Positions 26,701 to 41,285 of a DNA stretch of 64,000 bases are shown one piece after another. The DNA is taken from assembly GCA_043228905.1 (NCBI GenBank), contig JBHGNT010000121.1, positions 1 through 64,000 on the forward strand. Reading direction: 5' to 3'. This stretch comes from Azolla caroliniana (Eukaryota > Plantae > Polypodiophyta). The position numbers and the translations under genes were made by a program. Positions within the stretch are counted from its first letter, which is position 1; each line of letters starts with the position of its first letter. The notes beneath the pieces were generated by a model, which did not search any database, was not told the origin of the DNA, and saw only the letters and a program-made list of their open reading frames with translations.

Positions 26701-29141
26701 TGGAAGCAAGGTTGGACAACAAAGTCCAACATCAACAGAATGTTCTGGACCATCAAAAAGCTCAGATGGTAAATCTGATTCGAATTCTTGGAGTGGAAAA
26801 AGTGGAGGACACAAAAAATGTGATGATAAAAAAGGAAAACAGAAAATGCCAGAGTATGAAATGTTGGATGACTTGTCTAAAAACATGGAAGATGAGGATT
26901 CAGATATGTGATTGGATAATTTTCTTGGTATAAGAGGATTGAAAATCCCTGGTATGGAAAAAGCATTGAAGGATGCAAATCAGAAACTGAGAAGATCAGA
27001 TAGAGAGAAAAAAAATGTTGAAAGATTTGGTTATGATACATATATGGCTATGCATTATGCATATATGTCTAAGGTGGTACAGATCCCTGATCCAAGTAGT
27101 TTTGATGAGGCTAAAACTGAAAAGAAATGGGTGGATGCAATGCAAGAAGAGATTGATGCATTAGCTGAAAACATAACATGGGATTTCGTGAAGTTACCAA
27201 AAGGAAAAAATGTGGTAGGTTGCAAATGGGTCTACAAGACAAAGCATGATTCCAGTGGGAATGTAAGTAGACATAAAGCAAGATTGGTTGCAAAGGGATA
27301 TGCCCAAATGCAAGGAAATGATTATGATGAGACATTTGCATCGGTTGCAAAGATGGCAACATTGAGGACATTACTGGCTATAGGTGCAGCCAGAAGATGG
27401 TTTCTTCATCATATGGATGTAAAAAATGCCTTTTTACATGGTAACTTGGAAGAAGAAGTGTATATGTGTCAACCACTAGGTTTTGAAGATAGGAAGCATC
27501 TAGATTATGTATGTAAGCTGAAAAAGGCTCTCTATGGACTGAAACAGGCACCAAGAGCATGGCACAAAGAACTTTCAGATTATCTGAAAAAACTTGACTT
27601 CAAAATGTCAAAGGCTGATTCATCATTGTATGTTAAAAGGAAAGATGATTGTATTGTTGTGATTTTGATTTATGTTGATGATCTCATCATTGAGGTGATT
27701 CCATGGATGAAATAAGTAAGCTGAAAAGAAATTTGGAAATGCAGTTTCATATGAAAGATTTGGGAGATCTGAGATATTTTTTGGGTATTGAAATCATCAG
27801 ATCTGAAAGTGGTATATATGTGTTGCAAAGACAATATGCAACAACTATGTTGAAAAAGTATGGTATGCTTGGATGCAAACCTAGTGGAGTACCACTAGAT
27901 AAAAACTGCAAATTGAGGGTTGATTTGGGAGCCAAAATAGAAGATGTAAACATGTACAGGTCTATGGTGGGCATCCTTATTTATTTGACCATAACAAGAC
28001 CTGATTTGAGTTATGCAGTTGGATTAGTCAGCCAATTTATGCAACAGCCAACAAAGCCGCATTTGGACTGCATTAGAAGAATTCTGAGGTATGTAAAAGC
28101 TACTCAGTACTATGGATTGTTTTACAGGGCTGATTTGGACATAAATCTGGAAGGATATACAGATGTTGATTGGGCTGGAAGCCAAACAGATAGAAGATCC
28201 ACAAGTGGATATATGTTTACATTGGGAAGTGCAGGTATTTCATGGAGTAGCAAGAAACAAGCTACTGTTGCATTGTCTAGTACTGAAGTTGAGTACAGAG
28301 GAGTTACCATAGCCACTTGTGAAGAGGTATGGATTAGAAGATTGCTTGCTGATTTGGGAGAGTATATAGATGGTACTGTCACAATCTGGTGTGACAATAT
28401 GAGCAGCATTCAACTTGCAAAAAACCCAGTGTTCCATGCAAGAACAAAGCACATTGAAGTGCATTATCACTTTGTTAGAGAAAAAGTGATTGAAGGAGAA
28501 GTTGATCTGGTGTATGTGAATACAAATCAGCAGGTTGCTGATATTCTCATAAAGGGATTGAGTGTGGAAAAGCATACACAGTTTCGGAACATGATGGGAG
28601 TTGTAGACACTGATATGATGGCTGAAAAGCATCATGGAAAAGAAGTTGTAGATAACCCCAAGAGAGGATAAGTTGAGCTTGAGGGGGAGTGTTGAGAAGC
28701 AAGCTCAACATGGTATGTGATTCTTATTGGGAAATAAGCTATAGTAGCTATTTAGCTACTTGTGAACATAAAGGAGAAACAACTAATTAGCTACTGACAA
28801 CTAATTAGCGACTGACAACTAATTAGCTGCATATGTAAGTAACTTATTACTTAGGTAAAAAGTAAGAGAGTAGGTAAGTAAGAAATATACAGGAAGTAGA
28901 ACTCTGAGAGAGAGAGAGAGTGAGGATAGAGAGGAAGAACTCTGAGAGTGAGAGTAGAAGAGAGAAACAGACGAGAGCAAGTAGAGCTCTGCGTGTAATG
29001 AAATAGAAGAAGTTTTGGCTGCTACAGAGGTAAGTCTCCTTCTCCCTTCCCTTCTGTGTTTGAGCACCAAACGATCCAGCACACCACGATCCGCCGTGCA
29101 CATAAGAAGAGCTTGAGTGCCTTCTTCACGTTTTCTTAACA
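23752..29141 (+). mobile_element. Full-length A-rich Ty1/copia element (copia-2) nested in gypsy-1 gag
   Basis: LTRs 23752-24201 and 28690-29141. TSD GCGCA at 23747-23751 and 29142-29146. PBS TGGTATCAGAGC at 24202. PPT GAGGGGGAG at 28681-28689. Confidence 0.97.
24341..28671 (+). pseudogene. copia-2 gag-pol, disrupted
   Basis: Motifs CWYCGKPGHTQAEC, WHVDSGAS, HTDVWGP, HMDVKNAFL, YVDDL, YTDVDWAG. Frameshifts near 25785, 26430 and 27700 and an in-frame TGA at 26909. Confidence 0.93.
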
Positions 29142-31650
29142 GCGCACCAGTCCAAAATGACGGAGTTCGGGTTAACATTGGATGGGCGGGCGGCATTTTG
29201 GCATTCCCTGATGGATTTCCTCGCAATCACGACCTTCGATCAGCTCCAGTCCACCTTTTTGCAGTTCTTCCATCGGAGGGTTCCACAACGCGAAATCCTC
29301 GGACAATTCTACACAATTAAGCAACTGCCGACCGAGACGATCGCAGACTTCAGCTTACGTTTCCAAAATTTACGGCGGAAACTAGAATGGAGCCCCGCGG
29401 AGGATGAGGCTCGGGAGACATTTCTGGCAGCATTACGCCGACCCATATGGACAACACTCAACAACAATAGTGTGAAAGGGGAAACGACGAATATGGTCAT
29501 TGAACGAGCGTTACAACTCGAGCTGGACAAGGAGGAGGAAAGGTTTTCTATGTCCTCATTACGACAAGTGTTACCCCAAGACGAGGAACGACAGTTTCGT
29601 CAAGCAATCTAGTGCACAATTTGCTTGAACTCGGGGCATTCCGTAGTGGAGTGCAACATGCAAATCCGTTGCCCAATCTGCCACTTGAAGGCTCACACAG
29701 TCAAACAGTGCGAATACAATATGCTGAACAGAGCTGCTCCCATAGTACGCAGCATGGACACACAGCGTTCCCCACGGCATACTGAACAAAGGAGGCAAGA
29801 AGACTGATCACGGTATGTGGATCACAACCCACGTGACAACCGGCAGCACTGGAATCGCCAGACTCACAACGATTCTGAGGAAGACGAGCCAGAGGATGAG
29901 GATTACCGTGGTCCCCCGAGTTATGCTAAAGGGGGGCGACGCTATGAGAATCACCGGCCGACAAACAAACGTGGCGGCTTCAATGGTTATCGTGGGAAGC
30001 AGCGGCAATATCAAGACCACCGGCGATATGATGAAAGCTCGGGCGATGAGCGACACCAAGAACCACGTCGGGACCAACAGCAACCACCACGTACGTTCCG
30101 ACAAACGAAGCCGGACCGTGAGGAGCAAGTCGCACCAGGGGATCGGCACACACCACCAGGAGCCGAGAAGGGCGAATCGAGCATCCATTTTTTTTGTTTG
30201 TCAGCATCCCGGACATTATGCCACGCAATGCCCAGCCCGCAAGGGCAAGGGACCCGCCGTCAATACGATTACGACGGAAGTGCAACAAGTCACGACATGC
30301 CAGCAAACAAAAACGGTTGATTGGGCAGCGCAAGATGAGATACGACGGCAAGCCCAGGCATGGGTTGAAAAAGCAAACGCGACAAATACAGAGTGCATGC
30401 GGAAGGAGTCCGCGAATACGACGGAGCGAGTGGAGGACGAAGGACCGGCCCCGGACCCCATTTGGCAAGCGTTAGCGGGCTACGAGATAACGTTAACCAT
30501 GGAGAAGCTGTTGCAACTAGTCCCACGCTTCCGCCAGACTATGGAAGAACGGGTGACGGGCATACCCGGGGGGTGAGCGTCGCTACGAACCTTACGGACG
30601 TTAGTGACAGACCGCCTGTAGTGGATCACCACAACCTGGCTATTACATTGATATTACACGGACAAGAAATTCCAGGATGCGTAATCGATGGCGTCTCGGG
30701 CGTTAATGTGATTAGCGCGAAAACATGCGAGTAGTTAGGCATTTCAGAATGGGAGGCTTGCCCATTCTGGCTCTGTATGGTAGATACCCACTCATTACGA
30801 CCATTGGGGTTGATACGCAAGATAGGCATTATCGTGGGCGGACATCGCTTCGACATCTCAGCGGTAGTTCTCGCCTTGGACACCCCAGGGGCATATCCTG
30901 TGCTGTTGGGCAGACCGTGGCTTTGGGTAGCAAATATCAAGCAGAGCTGGCAACACAAGTGTATCAGTTTCCAACACATACGCACTAAGGTTCGCGTACC
31001 TACGGAGGGAAGCACGACACAATCCAAGGGTATAACACCATTATACGCAGAAGATATTAATATGCTGGCTGGGGTGGAGGATGCAGAATTAGAGGCATAC
31101 CTAGACGAGCACCCTCGGATCATTCCGCTGTTCGAGATCGACGTCATCGCAACCGCGGCAGAATATGCCACGGCCACTATTCTCCACGATGAGGCTTACG
31201 AACCAAACCCGGAGTCCATATTGGAACTAAGCAGAGCACGGGCAGCATTCAAGAGGGAAATGGAAATTTCACAACGAGTCACTGCCTCTGCCCTAGAAGA
31301 AGTAAACGTGGGTACGGAGTCCGAACCTCGTTTTCTCTCCATTGCAAAGGAATTAAGGCCAGACCAGAGAGACACGATGATCAAACTACTCAAGAAATAT
31401 AAAGATGTGTTCGCTTGGGCTCATGAGGACATGAAGGGGTTAGATCCGAAGTTCTATCAACATAAGATCAATTTAGCAACCGACGCAAAACCCGTCCAGC
31501 AGCGCCGCTACTGCATGAACCCGAACTACGTGACCTGCGTAAAAGAAGAAATTGACAAACTCCTAAATGCGGGATTCATACGGCCAGTTAAACAAGCCAC
31601 ATGGTTAAGTCCGATAGTAGTCGTTCCAAATAAAAACGGCAAAATACGCA

Positions 31651-33291
31651 AATTCGATAGGGCACCTCAAAACCGAACAAGGATTGGTACATCGACTCCA
31701 AAGCGTTGAATCAAACGAGCCACGAAGGGTGGTTCCCATACCTGGAGAAACCGGAACAACTAGGAGTCGTCAAAACCAGTGATGAAACCGCGCATTTTAT
31801 CAAATATGTCGACGAAGTCCCCTGAGTCATGTTGGAAAGAAGGGGAGACTGATGAACGTCTTGCACGTCACGACAATCACCAAGAACTTGGTGTCGGTCG
31901 TACAGATCATCGACCAAGGAATGCAAGTCCAGTTCACCCATCTCGAGTGCTTCATTGAAGAAGAAGGCCAGATCATCGCATAAGGGCATGGAGAAGGGAG
32001 GATGTTCATCCTTGATACAAATGATGTCGGCATTGCATTGTTAAATTGGAGGAAAGAATCTCGCCGAGATTAACGAAGTTAAATCACTTCTTTCCAGTAG
32101 ATTCGAAATGAAGGACTTGCACAAACTTCATTACTTTCTAGATATTGAAGTAATTCGGACACCGGTCAGGATCATGATCTCACAACGGCACTACATTCTC
32201 AACTTACTCTACAAGTTCGGAATGACAGAGTGCAAACCTGTGACTACCCCTCTTGAACGTAATCTCAAGATCGATGCCAGCTCTGGCACGGCCGCGAGCG
32301 AGTCGACTCAGTATCGTCAATTGATCGGCAGTCTAATCTACCTAACCATTACGTGACCCAACCTCAGTTATTCGGTCGGCCTACTTAGCCAATTCATGCA
32401 GAATCCAAGAAACCTTCACCTTGATTGCGCTAAGAGGATACTACGGTATGTCAGCACAACAGTGGACTATGGCATCTTGTTTAAATCGAATACGACCATT
32501 CGACTTGAAGGATACACAAACGCGGATTGGGCAGGATACAAAGCGGATAGACAATCCACATCTGGATTCGTCTTCTCCCTCGGCAACGGAGCGATCTCCT
32601 GGAGCAGCAAGAAACAACCGACAGTCGCACTGTCGAGCACGGAAGTCGAATACAGGGGCGCAGCAGTCGCCGCATGCGAAGCTGTATGGCTTAAGCGTAT
32701 ACTAAAAGATCTAGGCGTATCCATCAAAGATCCAATATGCCTGTACTGCGACAACATGAGTAGTATCTACCTCGCGTGTAACCCCGTATTTCACGCGCGG
32801 ACTAAACACATCGAAGTGCACTACCACTTCATCCGCAAGCGCGTTTAGGCCGGAGAAATTGACCTCCAACACATCAGCACGCACCTACAAGTCGCTGATA
32901 TCTTTACAAAGGCCTTAGGCATCCACAAGCTCAAGCAATTTGCATCAGATCTTGGTCTCACGTCGTCCACATTGCCGAGCTTGAGGGCGAGTACGCAGAC
33001 GCAGCACGGATAGGCTACGCAATACGCAACACAGGCGACTAGACAAGTCGAAGTACGAACCGAACGACTTTCCGACAGATGGAAGTTGTGTTCAAAGGGG
33101 TGTGTTGAGAATCGAACTCAACTTCCCATAGATAGGTTTCACACTAGCTCATGGATATTCCATGCTAGTTTTGTAAATAGTAGAAAGGGCGCTTGCCCTA
33201 GCTTAGTTGGTATATAAACCAACTCATTGTAACTTAGTTAATGTTGGATGTATTTTGTTTCGTTAATATAATATACTCTTTTGTCTATCTC

Positions 33292-33369
<78 letters not shown>

Positions 33370-33439
33370 TATTACACATACACACACCTACGTTCACCTT
33401 CCGCTGCATTGCAATCACCACAGACTTCATTTCCTAACA
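31651..33439 (+). mobile_element. Truncated, internally deleted copia (copia-3) with 3' LTR 33103-33439
   Basis: Protease remnant WYIDS near 31685, a jump near 32040 to RT (MKDLHKLHYFL), RNase H YTNADWAG. The LTR runs TGTTGAGAATCGAACTCAAC...CTAACA and contains a long (CT)n. Confidence 0.85.
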
Positions 33440-35303
33440 AAGGCGAGCTAGAGTGTTATGATGAAGCCATTGCCGATGAGAACAGAGAGAAATGGTTGAA
33501 CACGATGCAAGATGAGAGGGACTCCTTGCACGAAAACTACACCTACTACTTGGTAGAACTACCGAAAGGTAAGAGAGCACTCAGGAATAAATGGGTCTAC
33601 AAGGTGAAGACTGAAGAAGTCGACAATGCTCCTAGGTATAAAGCCCCCATTGTTGTGAAGGATTTCCAACAAAAAAAGGGCATCGAATTTGACGAATTAT
33701 TCGCTCCAGTCGTGAAGATGACATTCATTAGAACTGTTCTGAGCATAACTGCTAGCATGGATCTGGAGATCGAACAGTTGGATGTCAAGACGACATTCTT
33801 GCACAGGGAGTTGGATGAAGAGATCTACATGTAGCAACCCGAAGGCTTTGTGGAGAAAGGGAAAGAGAATCTCGTGTGTTGACTGAAGAAAAGCTTGTAC
33901 GGCCTAAAACAAGCTCCACGCCAACGGTACAAGAAGTTCGAGTCATTCATGGTGGAACATGGGTTCCAGAAAACACAAGTTGATCACTGTGTGTTCGTCA
34001 AAAGGTACGATGAAAGTGACTTCTTGATTCTCTTATTATATGTTGATGACATGTTGATAGTCGTTCAAGATACAAGGAAGATCGGAAGCTTGAAGAAAGC
34101 TTTAGGTAAGTCGTTTGCCATGAAGGATCTTGGTCTGGCTAAAAAGATCTTAGGGATGCACATAGTTCGGGACAGAACTAAGAAAGTGTTGTGGTTGTCA
34201 CAAGAGAAATACGTGATGAAGATCCAAGAAAGATTCAACATGACAGAAGCAAAGCCGATCGACTCTACATTACCGACTAACTGCAAGTTAAATGCAAGGA
34301 AATGCCCGAGAAGGGAGGAAGAAAAGGCTGAGATGAGGAAAGTGCCATATGCCTCGGTCATTGGCAGTCTAATGTATGTTATGGTCTGCACGAGACCAGA
34401 CATGGCCTTTATTGTGGGAACAATAAGCCGATACATGAGTAATCTAGGAAGATAACACTAGGGAGCGGTGAAGTGGATACTTAGGTACTTGAAAGGCACC
34501 TCGAGGGTATGCCTAAGGTATGGTGTCGAAAAACCCATGCTCGAAGGGTTTACCGACTCGAACATGTCGGGGGAGGTAGATTCAAGCTGATCCACGTCAA
34601 TGGATCCGACATGCTGACAAAGAACCTACCGATGGACGGACTCATAGTCTATCAACTGAAGACAGGACTAACTAACTCCCTCCCACATGAGTGACGGGGG
34701 AGTTTGTTGGGAATATATCCCTCCCGTGGGAGAAGCCGACTGTCTAGAAGTAGCCGACAATCGAAGACAAGGTAGAGCTGATTGTCTGGAAGTAGCTGAC
34801 AGTCGAAGACAAGGAAGAGCCAACTGTTCGGGCCGAGGAGAGCCGACAGTCAAAGAGTTAACAAATAGGGAGTCGGCTGATTAACTGTTGACTATTATTA
34901 TTAGAGTTATAATAATAGTATCGATGTGTAGTAGGGGCTACACTTGTAATTAGCCCATATGATGTATTAGTATAAATACGCCTAGGGCAAATGTATAGAA
35001 GTGAGTGTGATCCTCTGTTGTAGTGAAAAGACAGAGAAGAGTGTGAACGGGGTGAGAGACTGTGTGAGCGGTGCCATAGATGTGTTCTGTAAGAGCCATG
35101 CGTGGTTGATACACTTAGATGAAAGAGTGTTGTACTCTAATCCCATCCTTGTACCATTATATATAGAGAAGCTCCATTCTCTATGGTTTTCTCCCACTTT
35201 ATGGTTTCCACGTAAAAACAGTGCACATTGTCTTTTGTGTTTCCCAATAGTGTATTTCAGCGCATTCCTTTTATTGTGGATTGACGATCCGTTTCTCGAC
35301 ACA
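33440..35303 (+). mobile_element. 3' part of a different (Tork/Tnt1-like) copia (copia-4) with 3' LTR ~34705-35303
   Basis: RT motifs ELPKGKRALRNKWVYK, QLDVKTTFLH, YVDDML, VPYASVIGSLMY. RNase H is largely deleted. PPT GGGGGAG is followed by TGTTGG, and a 42-bp tandem repeat lies at 34733-34827. The LTR 3' end is approximate. Confidence 0.82.
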
Positions 35304-36460
35304 ATTGTCTTTTGGCACACATGTTACATACGATGCATGACATTTATGTTACTCATTTGAGTCAGCATGTATAGAATATACTTGGTGCTTGATATAAAAG
35401 GTTATAGGTTCAAGCCTCACAAATGTCACTTGATATAACATTTGAATTTGTTTTTATATCATGAAGTAACTGCTTCACGACAACGCATGTTGAAGACGAC
35501 AACGATCTGCAACACTTTTGCTATTGCTTGTTGTAAATGACTTGTTTAATCATTCATTGCAACATGAATGTAAATAAAACAAAAGATGTAAATTTATAAA
35601 TAATTATCGAATCATCATGGTTGGCTCACTAATGGCAAAAGTATTTGAATGTATGATAGAACCAAAGGTAAGTGCAGCAAAATTGGTAAGAGAGCTTATG
35701 GACAAACTTACTTTTGAAAACACCGTAGTGCCATCGATTACCTTGTCACCCTTCGAGTATCAATGGAAGAAAGTCGCTTGAAGAGTAAGGGTTTATATTG
35801 TTGCTCCAGTTGGTGTCTCAATGGGTATGCTCATGAATTAACATCTCATAAATATCTTAGTACCATACAATTTTAGCTTCTTTTAAAAGGCGTCGAATCA
35901 TAAATATACCATGGAATCCTTTCTTTGGGTACTACCAAGCAGAAGTTTCCAATCGAGAAAAATGCACATATGTTATGTTTATTAAGTAGAATTGGAATCC
36001 ACACACTAAAAGAGGTGTGATGGCATCAAACGAGGAGCGGAGAACGTTATCTATATGATCCCGAAATCCGGACAAGGTGTGATGGCAGTCATCGAACCCG
36101 TGGAAATGGATTGTGTGTATGTCTGTGTGCGTGTGTGTGTATTTTATATGTGGGGTCAATGTTAATAATTTCACAAAGCTATTATTATTATGGATGGGGG
36201 TCATAAGATTTTCACAAGCAAAGAAGAAACCGATAGACCCCTCAAACAAAGATAACAAAAATCGAATCAAATATCAAGACTTGAAGAACCCACCCACATC
36301 AGGAAACTCGAAGCTCCTCTCTCTCTCTCACAGACAGAGGTCCGCAGATCGAAGCGCTGCAGCCCTATGGGCCTTCAAAAAGCTTTTTTGTTTTCTCACC
36401 ATTAAATCTGTGGTCCTCCTCCTCCTTCGTCATCATCTCTTCTTCTGCGCTCAAGTCTCC

Positions 36461-39400
36461 ATGGGGTGGAAAGGAAAGCTCGTTAATAAAGCTGGGCACT
36501 ATCTTTCTCAGTCATTGGAATTTCCTCTCAAGCAGCTCCACAAATATGCATCATCCCCCACCACGGTATTTTATTTGCATAATTTCATATGCGTCTGTTT
36601 TTTTCTACATCAATTTGCATTAAGTGATGATGGTGGCTCATAAGGATTGATGAACACGATGGGAAACAAAAGGATTGATGAATGATTTGAAACATACGGG
36701 TTTATAATGACATGTTAAGATTTAATGAGCGATGTAGCATAAGGATTAGTGATGGTACATAAGTGATTAACGATGAAACATAAAGAGTAACTGCGATGCA
36801 TACAGGTCAATAATAAAAAAATAAGGATTAGTTATGGGCATGAAGATCAATGTTAAAACGCAAGCATTATGATGAATTGTGCCAGCTGCATATGAATAAT
36901 GTTAACCTCAAATCATTGAACCTTTAAGTAATTTCTGCAAAAGAAGGAATCTGTTTCTACTGGCTATGTCTAGAATAATGTTCGAAAAAGGAAAATGGTT
37001 TCATGGCCATATCTGGAAAATAATGTTTTGGAAAATAAATGTGTCCATTGGCCACATCTGGACTAAACGTTGTATTGAGTGAATATGTTTTCATTGGCCA
37101 TACATCTGGAATTGACTTTGGCAAAATGAGCAATTCATTTCTCCATTTTTATCAAAATAATGATTTTTAGGAAAACAAACACGTTTACAATTGGATATAT
37201 ATATCTGGAATGATGATTGTATCTGTTTCATTATCGTAAAAATGGAGGTGGGTGATGATGGCGAAGGTCATGAACATCAACATATTCCAGATGGTAATTT
37301 TGAAGAAAAAGATGGAGAGGATGGATATGGACCCGATACATCATCTCTGACAGCATTTCTTTTGTCATTACTATCCACTTCAGAGACGAGCAATGCAAGG
37401 AATGATAATCTCGATGCCTCAGAAGGTAATGATAGTGGATCTACCTCATGTTCATCAAGGCAGCCACATAATAATATCAGTGATGATGAACAAAATCCGA
37501 GCATACAAAGATCTTCACATGATAATTCATTGCGGAATAATTCATTCTTATCTATGTCACAACCAACTTCACCAGCTACACCTATTAGACTTCCACCTTT
37601 GTCTGACAAATCAGTGCTTCTTTCTGAGGGCTTTCGCGCTTTCATATATTTAGCACTGCCGAATATTGTAAAGGATCGGCATTGGGTTTTGTTATATAGG
37701 TATTTATCTGGCTTTTCTTTCTATATATGATAGGATGGTAAGAATTAGTAGGGTTGTGTTAAGATCAAGAATTTTCTGAAAAGGGTGGATGATGACAATC
37801 AATTTCTGTTGTTCTTGTTTTCACGCACAGATAAAATTTTCATGTTTGCTATTTTTTTGAAGGGCAGCACTGCGAAGCATGGTATTTCATTACAAACACT
37901 CTATCGGAGAAGCTCTGCTCTTTCTGAACCCTTTTTACTGGTACATTTTACCATGTTTGTATCAATAATTTGATATGATTTCAATGTCACCAATGATTCA
38001 TAATTGTGGAAGTTTTCTTATATGTTAGCTTCTCTCTTGGCTATCAGTTTTGTGGCTGGAACATATTTATCTGTCTATTTTCATGAAGGGAAATACTATT
38101 TGGCTAGATACTTCTTTTTCCAATGTGAAATTGTAATTGGTAAGTAGCTGAGATGTCATATGCTACTTAGAGCAGCATTTTATAATTAGAAAGTTAGGGA
38201 CAAACGCAGAACAGATCAATATGAATTTGCTTATGCAGGAGTATATTTCTATAACAGAAAATGTAAAGTACCACTTACTCACTCGAAAAATAAAGAAATG
38301 AGATGTCTATGAGAAAAGGATTTTCGGGCATTTACTTCTATGTAAAGTATGTGTGAAAAGTCATACAAAATATTTGCCGAGTATATTCACGATCAAGAGT
38401 CAAGACCTCAATTCATTTCAAGATTTAAGAACATCTATGATGCCAATTACAGGATATTATGGATACATAATAAAATCAGGATGCTTACTATAGAAGCATT
38501 TATCACTCTGCGCTTAGCTGGTTTCACTCTCTAAATAAATGGCACCACATGGATGGTCATTCAACACACACCATAGTACAAAGGAAAGATGTACCCAAAA
38601 AGGGCACTCAAGAAAAACAGAGCTTCGTTTAAAAATGTTTTTGTCGTCAGATCTTTGACTGAATCAAAGGTGTATATATTGATGAATGAATAAAGATATG
38701 AAAGTGATATCTTATTACGCACTACTATGGATCTTTGATACTCGATTCTTTCTCTTGGAGTTGTAAGGAGGGCCAAGAAGTGACTGATGCAAGGAAGTCT
38801 TTTGATGAATGAAAAATGATCGATGATCTTTAGTTATTGATTGATGGAGCACAGGTTACTGATATGGAATAATAAAATTTTGTACAGATGGAAACCATGC
38901 AGTTAGTTGGAGTTCGAAGCTGAAGGAAATGAAAAACATGAAAAACAATGAGTCCATCTTGTCTGAATAATCAGTGTTTAAAGTTCAAATGCCTATAAAG
39001 AGAATTTAGTATATATTGAACCAAAACATATATATATATATAGTATAGAATATATCTTCCACAGAATATTTAGGAAGTCATAGAAAGTTATAACTTATAC
39101 TTCGTCCACTTTCTGAATAAATTTGAGACTTTGATCATCGCAGGTAACTGGGGATTTTCATGGAGCTACATTTGGTGGGCTTTTGACTGCACCTCTGATA
39201 CCCACATCCAAAAAGAAATACTTGGCAAGTACCTCAATCCATTATTAAGATCTATGCAGTTCCTCATTTGATGTCTATAATTCTACTTATCGCAATGTAC
39301 TGATCATGTAGGGAACTAATGACATGTTTGTTTTCACAAATGTCAATGAAAAAATGCAAATCTTCAGGGCCACCGGTAATGTGTTATCCAAACCAAATAT

Positions 39401-41254
39401 GTCATATGGTTAATTATATCAGCAATTGAATTCTGCAACAACTTAGATCTGAATTTAATTGTTATTTGCTATTTGTACTTGACATATGTGTGTGTATTAA
39501 GTTGCATCCATATGTAAATATGATATTACTAATTGTCTGTCATTTCCACTTGACAGGAAGTATATGTGTACACATTGTTTAGATACTTATTCCCGTTGGA
39601 TGACAGTCCAACCTTTTTTTTTGTAAATGCTAGTCTTGAGAGTTTTCTGCCTTCTTGTATTCTTATAAGTTTATAACTGTTGCCATTTAAGGAAATGGAA
39701 TGGAACTCTGATGATATATTATGGAGGACAGTATCTAGCTAGTTCTGAATGATTGAGGCAGAACTATGTGAAATTGTTCTTTTATGTTTTATCAGTTACA
39801 GAAATGTACCCGCAAATCAGTTAATAATTAACCAAATTCTTGTCACAGAAGATTTCTCTGGTTAACAATACTGGCTGATATACTCTCAATTTGGCTGTAG
39901 GTGCAAACAGGTACTTCCTTTTGTGCATGAATGATGCAATTTCTTTGGGAGGTGGTGGCCATTTTGCACTTCATCTTGATGAGGATCTGTAAGTTTGCAA
40001 GTTCTATTTTAAATGGTAGACAGTGAAAATTTATCGCAGTGTTATAGAAAGAAAGATATATTAACGTCTTTTAAGAGTAGAGAAGCCCATTAATATTTTG
40101 TAATCGGAAATAGTAGTGAAAATGCATTGCTCTGTTGATTCGATATTATGCTGCATTGCTCTGTAATCTTTTTTGAGATAATGAGATCTACAAATAAAAC
40201 CCCATTTGCTATGTTTTTTTCCCATGAAGTTTGAGTTTTTTACTTGGTTAGTTGGGAGCTGTTTAAAGGCTTTGTATGGTTGGTTCATCCATCATAGCAA
40301 GCCTAGTGAAGCCATGGGCATGAAATTTTAGTTCTTTGATAGGTCGTTTACTTTGTCCATTTTATCTGCATTATAGCTGTGTGGTACTTTCATTCGTTCT
40401 GCTTAAAAGGGAAACTGGACAGGAACGAGCAGACTGAAATATGGTTGTCCCTTTGTGGCTGCTTGTCTTTATTTTATTAGGGCAGGCTCCATTTTTACCT
40501 ATTTATTATATGTGCTATGACATGTTCAACTTGTTGTAGTTGCTAGAAAAATTCCTCATTTTCCCATATTTGCATATACCGTTCCTCTCTTTATGAGAGA
40601 GGTTAGTCTTGATAATTTTACCATCTCCATTGTGGATTATTCTTCCTTGGTTTGCGTCATTCCTTAATGCATGCTCTAAAGCAAGCACTTGGGATAGTCA
40701 GGCTTGAAGTTTCCTACTTATAGATAAATGGGGAAAGTATGCATGTATCTGCATCAGCATCTCTACAAAGTGCTGAAGCATACAAACAAGTAATATAGTA
40801 ATGTGAAACAGAAGAATCAATCACATACAGTGGATGCCCTTCCCTCTTCTGCACTAAGAGCAAAGTGCTGCCACTTGAGATTATGATTGGCAGAGGTAAA
40901 GCAAAGTTAGTAGATCTGACTCCCAAATTTTCAGATATTTGGCGATCTAAATCTTATGCAAATTTTGCATGGCTGTTAGTGGCATCGAAGTCCAATCAAT
41001 GTATAGCTACATGGCTTGAAATATATGATGTGCCCATTAAGATGTATGAATTCTGAGCTTGATAACCAAGTTCCCAAATACAAAAGAACTTTAATTGCCA
41101 TATCGAGTCCAGAAGAATGGTCAACAGCCGTGTTGGAGGAACATTTTAAACTCTAGACACCAACTTTATTTTCACCTTTAATATCCTTGTAAGAAGTTAG
41201 ATTCTTGATCCATTCAGATTCAGTGCAGAAGAATAGGGATGGAAGCAGAAGTTG

Positions 41255-41285
<31 letters not shown>

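Larger units (their letters stand above)
22897..31650 (+). mobile_element. Ty3/gypsy element (non-chromovirus-like; gypsy-1), interrupted by copia-2 and truncated at the start of RT
   Basis: Putative 5' LTR 22897-23344 (TGTT...AACA), then PBS-like TGGCACGC at 23349. Gag reads through the empty site (EAVA|HQSKMTEFGLTLDGRA). Zn knuckles at 29613-29710 and 30195-30230, protease VIDGVSGVN, YPVLLGRPWL, RT start WLSPIVVVP. Confidence 0.85.

Noticed and set aside
28690-28720. Mini-LTR plus second PBS (CAACA-TGGTATGTGA) at the start of copia-2 LTRs
   Set aside because: Only 6 nt match the iMet PBS and the other families lack it; probably chance.
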